Assembly (NCBI GenBank): GCA_003971905.1
Contig: RSEE01000054.1
Coordinates: 124,001 to 188,000, forward strand
Origin: Moniliella sp. 'wahieum'
Lineage: Eukaryota
Direction: 5' to 3'
Length of the DNA: 64,000 nucleotides
Notes under the pieces: generated by a model
What the model was told of the DNA's origin: nothing
The model's database searches: none
What the model saw: only the letters and a program-made list of their open reading frames with translations
Shown: positions 38,941 to 50,213 of the stretch, piece by piece
How the letters are laid out: every line of letters begins with the position of its first letter
How positions within the stretch are numbered: the stretch's first letter is position 1
Position numbers and translations under genes: made by a program

Positions 38941-41108
38941 TCAAGCCTCCTCCTCCTTCGGGCGGGGAGTGGGTGGCAGGTACTGGGCCAGGGGCAGCAC
39001 GGTGGCCCAAGCGCGTAGTGGTGGAGGCCGAGTCAACACGCCTCAAGCCGGTAGCGACAGCAACGGTGGCGGACGAAGGGGCGGGAGGCCAAGGCGCTTT
39101 GCCCCACTCGGTTCCGGCCAGCCCGTGTCAAGGGCAACTGCGACGCCGACGCCCGTGACGCGTTCGGGTTCATGTCCCAGACTGGATAGTACGGCGGGGG
39201 GCATCGGCGGTGGGCGAGTCGAGGATGGCCAGTTCCGGGGGCGAGAACCACCTGGGAAGAAGGTTAGTACCGCACCGGGATTAAGAGGAGGATGATCACG
39301 GGGAACCCAAGTCCCGCCAGGGTTTGGGAGATGGCGATGGTCATACCGAAAAAGGTCCATTGGATGGCGGTGAAGAGAAAAATCTTACGTCGCCGGACCC
39401 TCAACAGGGGGTTGGAAGGGTCGGCCATGGTGCGGTCTGGACCAGGCGAGAGCGCGTTGAACCAAATGGTTCTGCTCAATCGACCCCCATCCCACCAGGA
39501 GAAAGAGCCGGCAAACACGGCGCGCGGCATGAGCCCAAGGCAAACGAGGAAAGGGCGTGTCATGGTGGCCAGTGTCAAGGCGCCAATGGCCAGGTGAGAA
39601 ACTCGTTGCTCGACCACGCACGTTGCGGATCTCCTGAGGGGCGGAACGGGGGCCGGCAGGGAGGGAGCCGACCACATCTTGCTCCATTTGGACGGTGCGA
39701 ATGCGCTTTAGCTCGGCATACGATGGTTCTTCGGTTGAGCAGCGCTCTGCCTGATTCAAAGTAGGGTGTGGTGGTGGTGGTGGGCCTGGTCCACCTGGCA
39801 TAGATTGAGAGAGTCGGTATGTTCAGGAGCTTGGGGCACGAGTCCAATTCGGAGCCGGAAGCCCGAGAAAGCCAGAGACGAGCGTGGTGGCAGCGAGGAC
39901 AGCCATGTCCCAATGGAAGCCTGCCGGCGTTCGAACGGGGAATTGACGCCTGAGCCATGACGGAGCTAACATTGTGGTCAAAGTAGAAGAGAGCATGACA
40001 AGAAAGCCAAAAGGGGCAGCAACAAAGACCCACTTGACATCAATGTGCCAGAAATCGACAAACCACCCGCGGTCCATGGTGGGGAACCAAGAGCGAGTGA
40101 TCGGCACCCGTTCCAACGGCACTGTTTTAAAGATTCGTGGGGAAATGCGGAAGGCCCGTCCAAAAAATGCAGCCGGCAGTAAAGGCGTAGGAGCCGATCC
40201 CCATTCGTACACGGAAGGGAAGAAATGATGTTCTTCCTACGCCGCCGAGACAAGGTAGACGCTGACGGTGAACAAAATGGCAATCGTCACCGACAGCCAC
40301 CCGGTCGCTTGTCTCTGGGGCTCGGCTCGAATTCATTGATCGCAGCTCGATCCCCTTTTGAATGTAGACGACTCCCACATAAAAGCCAAAGGTCTGTGAG
40401 GTCATGTCGGTGTGATGAAACGGGTATAGTCCGACATGTTGAGCGCTGCTCCGGCAAACAAGAAGCCAGCGGCCCAGATGAGCATCCATGCCTGAAAGCG
40501 CAGGTAATGGAGGTGGTCAAACCCCCAATGGTGGACTGTAACATGTACATGATGTAATTGCACAGATTGATCAGCCCAGTCACACCCACAAAGGTCAGAG
40601 GTTGGCACCCAAAGATGGGGAAGACGATGGCGGCCAAAGCGCTGGCAAGGATAACTTCGTTCACACCGTACACACCCATGCGTGCGGTGGTTCATGTCGA
40701 GGACATACGCAATAGCCGGCATGAGACTGGGTGCTCAAGTTAACCATGCGAACGTGTACAGCCGATGCAGGAAAGACAACGTACTTGATAAAGTACATGC
40801 GCACAGTCGAGTCGAGAAGAGTGTACCAGTTGCGCGGCGCACAAGCGCTGGTCCAGTCAGCGATGAGAGGCAGACGACGGCGCACATCGTAGTACATGCC
40901 TCGGAACGGACAGAATTGGTACATCCAGGACCGTTGTGACCAGGGCAGATCGCCGGAAAAGATGGGGTAGCCTGGGTCGTCGGAAGAGGAGGGTGAAGAC
41001 GCGGGGTGGCAGCGACGGAGGAGAGAGCTCCTCCTGGAGGCGGGAGCGAAGCTTGTCATTGTCCATGCTCCCCACATGGGGCGTCGCATCCACATCCGCG
41101 TCTGGCAT
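38941..41108 (-). CDS. BOR1: Boron/anion exchanger, HCO3- transporter (SLC4) family
   Basis: FRGMYYDVRRRLP, MPAIAYVLDM, GVNEVILASALAAIVFPIFGCQPLTFVGVTG, FYFDHNVSSVMAQ, PAGFHWD, VVEQRVSHL. Confidence 0.88.
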
Positions 41109-41750
41109 TTCTGCCCTGGCGCCCCCTTGCGCTGTCAGGAGGAGGAGGAGGTGGTGGTGGGTGGAACAGGGAGCCGGCGGGTGTTGGAGTGTTGCTGCCA
41201 GAGGGAGAGCATATGGGAGAGCTGCGAGCGCGAGCAGCGGGAATCACGTGATGCTTACTATGTGCTGCTATGGATACGAGCCAAGGGTTCCATCCCAGAC
41301 CATCTCTCTGGTGCCTCGATCGATGGGGAACGACATGTACTTTTTGGTTGACAGACAATCCTACTGTCAACCCGTCCTACTGACTAGCGCCCTTCCTCAC
41401 GCACCCCCCGCCGCGGTTCTCTCTGTCTGACACACATCCCACAACAACCTGTAGGACGACTACCACATTCTGCTGGGGGGAGGATGGCCTAGTGCCAACG
41501 CTGGCTTGGTTGCTGGACATGGAAATTGGATCGGTTGCTCATCAGTGCACCAGCACGCCCCGATGGGTTCCCTGGGAAACGCAAGGGGCAAGCAAGCGCC
41601 GGGCGGGCGTGGCGGGCAGATAGAGGGTACAAGAACAAACACGCAGTGGTCGGGTCGCATGGGTTACAGGCTCACAGGCCAGAGCAAGCACACAAGAACG
41701 GCAAAGCAAGGCAGGATGCGAAGGGCGGATAGGGAGCACGCAGTACGACT

Positions 41751-43293
41751 TCAGTACCGCTCTGCCCGGGCATAGTACGGCTCGCCGCGTGGAGGCGACC
41801 GTTCGCGCTGGCGGTCGTATCCGCCCCAAGCCGGCGAGCCGGCGGGCACGGGCGGTCCCCAGGCCGGCGGCGTGGAGAGCGGAGGAGGAGCGCCCCAAGC
41901 GGGGAGCAAGCTCTGGATGTGCGCCCAGGCGCCGGCGGGGTTCCATCGCGGCGTGCCATACCCGAGCGAAGTGAAGACCTGGGCCATGGTGGCAGCGTCA
42001 AATGGCATGGGGGGCGGAGGCGCGGCGGGCATGGGCGGAGCGGAATACTCGTCGCCGCCGTACCCGTCGAAGCCCGGGCGCCCCCCCATCCGCCTGCTCC
42101 CCTGGTGCGCCCCATGCAGGTCGCGGTGCGCCGCTCATTGCGGCGCCGCCCCGCGGGCGCCACGCGGTGGCCCACGAAAGTTGTGTCCCATGTCAAATCC
42201 CTCGTTTTTGGCCGAGGCACGTTTGATGTCCAACTGGGTTCACTAAAGTCAGCATGCCCGCACCCGAAAAACGGAGCCACAAACAGTCGTCAGGAGAGAA
42301 TGGAACGTACCAGCGAGCCTTGGTAGCTGAGCGGCGCGTCGGCCAGGCAGCGATCCACGCTAGCATCGTCGGCGTAGGTGACAAAGGCGAATCCGCGTGG
42401 CCGGCCCGTCTCGTTGTCCATCATGACGGTCGAGTTGAGTACTTGGCCATAGCGTTCAAACAGTTTGCGGAACGACTCTTGGGTCGCCGTTTGCGGCACT
42501 CCGCCTACAAAGCACTTTTGCGTGCGAGCTTGGTCCGGGCGGGATGGCACGTTTGGGATCGATCTGGGGCAAGGGCACAGTCCGTGGCAGTCAGTACTTG
42601 GGTCCGTTCATTGCACGCCGCACGCCGCAAAAAGCCTAGGGCCATGTCAGGGGGGACCTACAATTTTTCCGTCGAGAAAATGTTCTCGGCCCATCACTTC
42701 GTTGACCGACGCTGGGTCTTCGAACGTGAGAAAGGCAAATCCACGCGACTTGCCCGTGCCGCCCTCGCGCATGATGACGCAGGACGACACGGGGCCAAAC
42801 TGTTCAAAGTACTTGTGCAACGACTCGTCGGTCGTATCCCAGTTCAAGCCTCCAATAAACATCTTGCTGTCCACAACCAAACCAAGAGCAAACAAGCAAG
42901 CAAACAAGCATGAGTCAGACCAGTCCGAACGATGCATTGGCACGTCGGTACGACGCCGAAGAGTACGACAGCACGACCAGTGCACCTAGCTGTCTGCCCC
43001 TACCTGTCTGTCCCCCACGCTCAGGGCTGGGGTTGGGCGGGGGTGCAGGAGACAAGAGAAGACACAGAAAACAAACGCGGCTAGTTACACGACTAGTACT
43101 TACCCTTCATCGTAGTCGGACGCAAAGGCGGCTGCATTGCGCACCGCGCGTCGCTCGGGCCGAGGGCCCGCGGCGGGCGGGAGCGGGGCGCGGGGCGCAC
43201 TGGCAGGCGCAGACGTAGGTGCCGGGGGGGGCGGCGGACGGAGGGATTCGGCGCGCTGTAGGGCGCGCCGTACAGATCATCCTGGCTGTACAT
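41751..43293 (-). CDS. Two-RRM RNA-binding protein (Hrp1/Musashi/hnRNP A-like)
   Basis: KMFIGGLNWDTT...GKSRGFAFLTF; IDPKRAIPR; KCFVGGVP...GRPRGFAFVTY; Gly/Tyr/Pro-rich tail; three introns. Confidence 0.9.
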
Positions 43294-43466
43294 CTCGATC
43301 GGTGGGGGGGAGACGGTTAAACGCTGGTGGACCAGACGGTGGCGGTGTCTGGGCGCCAGAGCAGCTGAACGCAGGCAAACATCCGCTGCCGCCTGCCCCG
43401 GAACGCAGAAGCAGCGGGCGGAATACTCTGTTTTTGTCTGGCAACGTTGCAAATTTTCATTCCTGG

Positions 43467-43535
43467 CATCCTACAGGCATCCTACAGTCTCCTACAGTCT
43501 CCTACTACAGTCTCTTACGGTCTCCTACAGTACAG
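43467..43535. repeat. Short degenerate tandem repeat (~10-bp CCTACAGTCT unit, ~6 copies)
   Basis: catcctacaggcatcctacagtctcctacagtctcctactacagtctcttacggtctcctacag. Confidence 0.85.
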
Positions 43536-43581
43536 CTCCAATCAATCATTCGAATCATCGACGCATCGATCAGCCGGCGGG

Positions 43582-45230
43582 CTACGGCCCCTTGAGGCTC
43601 GTCCGCCCCGCCGGAGGATGGTGTCGGTGGCGAGGATCTGGGTGGCAATCACGCTTGCCGCATGCAGCAGGTTGCGTTTGACGCGGTAGTTGTCCCACAC
43701 GCCCAGCGCCGCCATGTCCGCCGGCTCGCCCGTCGCCACGTCCAGGCCAATCGTCGGGGTGGCGAACAGGTCCTGCTCTTCCGCCGCCGCCGCCGCCTCG
43801 TCCTCGAGTGCGACGAGCGTGTCCAGCTGCTCCAGCCCCGAATTGACGGCGAGCGTCTTGGGCGTGACCAGCAGGCCTCGGCAAAGGCAGTGACGCCGAG
43901 CTTGGCCTTGCCCTTGGCCTTCTTGGTGGCCACGTGCCGCAGGTAGCGCGCCGCGCCCACCTCGAACGCGCCGCCGCCCGGGATGAGCGCCTTGTCCTCG
44001 ATTGCATTCTTGGTCGCACGCAGGCCGTCGCGCAGGGCATCCTGGATTTGCTGGGTGGTGTGCGCGTTGGGGGCGCGGATGAGCAGGGTGACACTCTTGG
44101 GGTGCTCCACTTTTTCTACAAACGTAAACTTCTCCTCGCCCAGCGTTTGCTCGTAGACCAGACCCGCGTAGCCCAGCACTTCTGGCTTCAAGTCATCCAC
44201 CGAGTTCTGCGCCTCGCCGCCGCAGGCGAGCTGGAGACGTTCCATGTTGCGCCGCTTGGCGCGGCGGAGGGCGAGGATGCCGTCCTTGGCGAGCATGTCG
44301 AGCGAGAGCGGGTCAATGCCCTTTTGGTTAAAGATGACAAAGTTCTTCTTGGGAGCCGACGGGTCCGCCTTGGCCGGCTCGTCGCACACGGCGCGCTTAA
44401 ACTCAATAATCTTGCGCACCTTGGCATCCACAAACCGCCGCTCGCTTTCCACCAGCTTCTCGCGCTGCTCGGCCGAGGAGTAAAAGAAGCCCGAGTTGAC
44501 CTCCGTCTTCTCGTACTCGAGACTGACATTGAGCGTCAACACGTATGCGTTTTCCACCCGGCGCGGCATGTCGGCGTGGCGCGCGCCATGGTCCAGGACC
44601 AGGCCGCGGACCAACTGGGTGTCCGTCTCAGACTTGTGCACATCTTGAGAATCTCAACCATGTGCAGATCAATCGGTTCGTTCTCCTGCTTAATGGCCAA
44701 CACCGCATCCACCACGTCGGCAGCGAGTTGCTTGGCCAGCTTGCCACGCAGCTTGGTCCCCAACGACGTTTGCGCCACACTCACCAGCGTGGCCCGGTCC
44801 ATCGTCGGCACCACCCGCACCTTTTCCAGGTACTCCAGTACTGCCGTTTGGCTACATCGTACCCTTCGCTCAGGACGCGCGGGTGCAGCCGGTCGTCGGT
44901 CACGTACCGTTCCGCTTGCTTCAGCAGCTCGCCCACCAACAACACCACCGACGTCGTCCCGTCGCCGCACGTTTCGTCCTGCGCCACCGCCGCCTTGGCG
45001 ATCATGGCTGCAGTCGGGTTCTGGATCTGCATCTCGGTCAAGAGCACCTTGCCGTCCTTGGTCATCTTGAGGTTACCACTGCCATCCACCAGCAACTTGA
45101 TCGTCCCGCGGGGGCCCAGGTTGGAGCGCACCACGTTCGCCAGCCCCACGGCACCGGCAATGTTGACCTGCAGCGCCTGCTCGCGGCGCACGGCCTCCGC
45201 ACGGGGGTTGATCATCTCCAGCGCACTCAT
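43582..45230 (-). CDS. CCT6: T-complex protein 1 subunit zeta
   Basis: [82 protein letters not shown]. Confidence 0.97.
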
Positions 45231-45643
45231 CTTGAACGGGTGCTTCCAGCGACAAGGGAGAGGAGCAAGAGCTAGGGCAGGAAGCGGCGATGGAGGGGTG
45301 GCGCACCAAAAGAAGACAACGCGTCCCACGCTCGGCGGGCCTCGCGGGAGGGGGCGCGCGGAATGCTAGCGGGAAGAAAGCGGTCGAAGCGCAGCGCAGC
45401 GCCAGTCTCGGTCCTGCTCTCAGTCAAACTTTCATTTTCCATGGCCCCGCCACCTCCTTGCGGACGTATTTATTACCCTCTCGGAGTCAGTAGTCCGCCT
45501 GGCGAGCAGCGCCACATCTTCCTGCCGAGGTGGCCATCGCATCTGCACTAATAAGAGCAACACACTATACACCAGGCCACCTTCCACACACACATCCTAG
45601 CAGAACCGTCACATCCTCATCATCACAATAGGGCAACGACAGG

Positions 45644-46515
45644 TTAGTTGCCCCCGAGGCGCTGGATGGTCTGGTCGCGCTTTTGCTGAAGAGCTTCTAG
45701 CTTGGTCGCCTTGTCGGCATCGTACGCGACATGGAGCTGGTTGAATGGGTTCTCGGAGGATTTCTGCGCACGCACCATCGTCAGTCCCACTCCTCCTCAC
45801 TGCAGGAACCCCCCCCCCCTCCCCAAAAAAATCAAAAGAGCAAGAAACGATACATACGATGAACTGCTTGTAGAGAATGTCGTCAATCTGAGTCTTGCGC
45901 AGCCGGGTTTTCCTTGCGCGCGTTCTGGTACTCGCGCTCCTTGTACGCCTCGAGCGCAGCTTTGAACCGTCGCTCCGGGTGGGCATCCACCATGGCCGCC
46001 TTGGACCCCATTGCCGCCTTATCTCCCGTCTTTTCATTCACCACATCCAGCGCGTCCAGCGCATCGTCAATGTTGGCCGCGGAGAGCTGGGTGATCATAT
46101 CGTCAATCCCAGTTCCCTTGGCAGGCGCCTTGGCAGACGCGCCAGCCTGACCCTTCTTCTTGCCACCTGCTTTGGGGTTGGCCTTGACGTGGGAGGGCAA
46201 GGAAGCTTCTTCCTCGGCCAACAGACGCTCCTTCGGCCTTTTTCCGCGCCGCTTCCGCCGCCTTTTCCGCTTTGCTCTCCCCGGCACTTTTGCCCTTCTT
46301 GGCGCCTTGCTCCCACTTGGCCGCCTCGGCCGCTTCGGCCTGCGCTGCCGCCGCCGCCTGCTTCTTGTCGGATTGCTCTTGCTTGCGCGCTCGGCCCGCG
46401 GCGGCTTTGGAGTTGGCTAAGGTAACAGAGGGGGGGGGGGTCAGTGGGCGTCCGGGCGGTCCCGCGCGTGGAGGATGACCGAGGAGGGAAGACGAAAACG
46501 TACTCTTGGTGCCAT
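45644..46515 (-). CDS. CCDC124/Lso2/Oxs1-family protein
   Basis: NSKAAAGRARK, AAKWEQGAK, LLAEEEASLP, NIDDALDAL, DAHPERRFKAALEAYKERE, KSSENPFNQ; two introns. Confidence 0.85.
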
Positions 46516-46856
46516 CGTGCAACGGTTACCGGGTCTGTGGGTACGAGTGTAATCCGCAAGGGGTGGTGGAAGGGGAGGGGGATGGAGAGGAAGGGCAAGC
46601 GAGCGCATCTGACCTCTGACATCAGATCTCTGATTCGATCATTTAATTTCAGGACCTACTTGCAGTGCGCACTTGCTAGTTACTCGTAGCCCTGTCCGAG
46701 CGGCGGGGGGCCAACTGGCGGAATTGGCGCTGGGGGCGGAACAGCCGCGAGGATTTTTAGGCGAGCTGGCAGCGAGCGGACGAGCGCTGCGCCAGGGAAC
46801 CCACTTGGCCTGCCTGCTCTCCTCCCGAGTCACACCTCGGCCGGACCCACCCACCG

Positions 46857-49244
46857 ATGCAAGCCAAGGGAAAGCCAGGCAAGTCGGTGTCCAAGCCCAA
46901 GGCGGGTGCCAAGGGCGCCAACGCCAAGTCCAAGCCTGCCCGGAAGAAGGAAGGGGAGGAGGAGGAGGCGCTGGTGGCCGTCGTGTTGGCCGACTCGTTC
47001 AATGGGCGCATGCTGCCCTTGACGGCCGAGCGGCCGCGGGCGTTGGTGCCGCTGGTCGGGGTGCCGCTGCTGGACTGGACGTTGGAAGCGTTATCGATGG
47101 CCCAGGTGGAGCATACCTTTATCCTTGTCCGTTCGTTTGCGGACCAAATCAAAGCGCATGTCGCTGGTCGCAAGGGAATCACCGTCGTGCCCATCCCGAG
47201 CGCGATGAGCGTCGGCGACGCAATGCGCGAGCTGGACAATGCCAAGCTGATCAAGACGGATTTCCTGCTGGTGCATGCGATGGGGTGGGCAACTTGGATT
47301 TGGAAGAGGTGGTGCGGATCCACAAGGAACGACGCAAGGCCGATAAAGATGCGATCTTGACGCTGTGCACGATGGGTGCCAGCGGCGACAGTACGCGGCG
47401 ACCGGCCGGCGACCGGAGTTTGATGGTGATCAATCCGCTCACGCACGAGCTGGTGCACTACGAGTCCATCCCGGCCGTGCCGCACAAACGAGCATGGTGC
47501 TCCCGGTGCGGCTGTTTGATGCGGACGAGGGCACGGCGGATGTGGAAGTGCGCAACGATCTGGTGGATTGCGGGGTGGACGTGTGCAGTGTGGATGTGCC
47601 GCCGTTGTTTACGGAAAACTTTGACTACCAACAACTGCGTCGCGACTTTGTCCCGGGCATCCTCACCTCGGAAATTTTGACCGCCAAGATTTTCTTGCAC
47701 GTTGCCCCGGCCTCGCCGTTGGGCACGGCCGCGCCCAGCGCGCTCCTGCCCCGTGCTCCTGTGGCGTGGGACACGCGCATCGGACGCGGATGGGGGTACC
47801 ACATGCGTACGGGATACCAAGACGTACGATGTGGTGGCCAAGGACATTGTCGGCAAGTGGATCACGCCCCTGGACCGGGCGGGTACTTGCCCGGCCACGA
47901 TGGCGGCTTCACCTCCGCCTACCCGGCCGGGCGCTACCAAGCACCGGGCGTGTACCTCAGTCTCTCGACCGACATTGGCAAGGCGACCGTCTTGGGCCGC
48001 GACGCACGGGTTGGCAAACACACATCCATTTCCCATTCCATCCTGGGGGACCATACCCAGGTGGGGAATCAGTGCCGCATTGCGCATTCCTATCTCTGGT
48101 CGGGGTGGTGATCGGGACAAGGTGGAGATGGACCATGTGATTCTGGGGACAAGGTGCGGGTGGGCACGGAGGTACGGCTGGGCCGTGGGTGCGTGGTGGC
48201 AGATGGATGCGTGGTGGGCGATGGCGTTTCTCTCCCGCCGTTTACGCGGGTGGGGCGGATTTCCTATGGCGCCTACCTCGGGCGCTCGAGCAAGGACGAG
48301 CCTGCTTCTGTCCAGCTCGGTGCGGGGGCGTAGGCCATTTGGCCCTCCCATACGGCCGACGATTCGGACGAGGAAGAGGAAGAGGAAGAATCCGATCGAA
48401 GCATGGACCAATGCGTCTTACTTGCAAATCGGACGCGAGAGTCCGAGCCCAACGGACGACGAGGATGTATCGTCGATTGATGGCGACAGCGAGCTGGCAT
48501 CTTCGTCCGACGAGGAGAGTGATACATCGGACTCGCCTACGGAGGAGGACAAGGCGGCTCTGACGGTGACCGAGGGCCAAGCGACCGCGCCGAGGCCCAA
48601 GCCGAGGTGAACAAGATCAATGACTTTTACCAAGAGGCGCTGGCCTCGCTCCAACGCGCTGAGAAGGAGGGCCACCGTAAGGAGAATGTGGCGATCGAAC
48701 TGTCAACGTTACGGATGGCATCAAATGTGGAGCAGCGCGAGTTGGTCGCCGTCGTATTACCTGGATCCTGCAGCAGGCCAAGCCCGACCTGCGTGAGCTG
48801 GGCAGTGTGCTGCAAAAGTGGGGCAGTCTGCTGGCCAAGATAGCAGAGGGCGAAGAGACGTTTGCGATCAGTGCAATGCAGTCCTACTGTGCCGTCACGC
48901 CGGGCTTCCGCCCGCTGTTCGGGCCGCTGCTATGGGCTGCTACAACCTTGCGATCCCGGCGGAGGAAGGGGAGGAGGACGAGGATGAGGAGCAGGGCATC
49001 ATTACCGAAGAAGGTCTGATGCAATGGTACAAGTCACGTGCCTCCAATGTGCCGGACGAGTCGGTGGAGCGGCTGCTGGCGCTGCCTGCACGACTCAAGG
49101 GCAGTGGGAACGAGACGACCAAGGTGCCGGAAGAGGCGGTGTTGGAGCTGCGTGGGCAGGGGAGAGGTGTTGGAGTCGATTCTGGAGGAGTCGGATGAGG
49201 ATTCGGACGAGGAGTCGGAGGAGTCGGAGGAGGAGTCGGACTAA
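46857..49244 (+). CDS. GCD6: Translation initiation factor eIF2B subunit epsilon
   Basis: LVAVVLADSF...PLTAERPRALVPL, VRNDLVDCGVDVCSVDVPPLFTENFDYQ, hexapeptide (LbH) region, ELSTLRMASN (W2), acidic C-terminus. Confidence 0.92.
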
Positions 49245-49355
49245 TATATGACGACACTAGCGGGTACGAGAAAAATGCGCATCTGGGATTTTGCTACAGC
49301 AGCGAAAGGGACTTTTAAGTAGAGTGGGACACAGGACAGTGGTATCGTGGTTGGT

Positions 49356-49703
49356 TTACACCCTCGACCGTACCGGTTCGAGGCCCTCGATGGAGGTGAC
49401 GCTGTTGCCACGGATGACCTGGGGTAGATGGGGTTAGCAGGGACAGCGGCACGACAGCAGCGCAGGCAAGGCAGGACGTACAACCATGCCGCACGGCGCA
49501 GCGTCGACCCAGGCATGCTGGTTGAGGCCGCCGCCGCCGTTGGGAGCGGGCGGGTGGACCTGCTGGACGGCCTTGTCGATGACGAGGTTGAGGAAGACGT
49601 CGTACCCACGCAGGGTGCCTGTGACCTGGCGGTCGCCCTGGAGGGCAACGCGCACCTGCTTGTCGAGGTAGCGCTCCAGCTCGGGCTTTGCGACCTGCGC
49701 CAT
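49356..49703 (-). CDS. SMX2: Small nuclear ribonucleoprotein G (SmG)
   Basis: PELERYLDKQVRVALQGDRQVTGTLRGYDVFLNLVID ... GMV|VIRGNSVTSIEGLE; intron 49419-49481. Confidence 0.92.
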
Positions 49704-50074
49704 GGCGGGGGGGATGGAGGAGGGGAGGCGTGGTGGTGGGGGGCGGGGGCAAGCAGAATACAGCGGGCGGAATGAAGCAGCTGGGGGTGAGTTGATTCCG
49801 GCGGAGGGGGTCACGTGCCAGCGTGACATGTCACATGCATCGCGTGTCACATTTAGAATTTGAAATTGGAATGGGAAGTAGGGATGACGTCACAGGAGCA
49901 GATGGGGGGTAACCCACACCTGAGTTTGTATTTCTGGCGGGGCCATCCATCGCTTGGCCATCGGAGGACGATCGGTGGCCAGAGCGAGTCCATCGGTGGC
50001 CAGAGCGAGTCCATCGGTTGCCATCGCTTGTCCGTCGATCGACCGTCGCTTGTCCGTCGGCTGGCATCGCTTGT

Positions 50075-50184
50075 CCATCGACTGCTGCCCATCGATTGCT
50101 GCCCATCGATTGCTGCCCATCGATTGCTGCCCATCGATTGCTGCCAATCGATTGCTGCCCATCGATTGCTGCCCATCGATTGCC
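50075..50184. repeat. Minisatellite, ~8 x 14-bp CCATCGATTGCTGC
   Basis: Directly readable tandem units; preceded by degenerate CCATCG/CCGTCG-based units from ~49943. Confidence 0.95.
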
Positions 50185-50213
50185 TGCCCGTCGGTTCGTT
50201 GCCATCAAGTGCG

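Noticed and set aside
28205..41108. SulP and BOR1 anion transporters as a functional cluster
   Set aside because: They are separated by unrelated genes and share no evident regulatory signal; both families are common.
50075..50184. Possible CRISPR-like array
   Set aside because: The units are contiguous with no unique spacers, there are no cas genes, and the context is eukaryotic.
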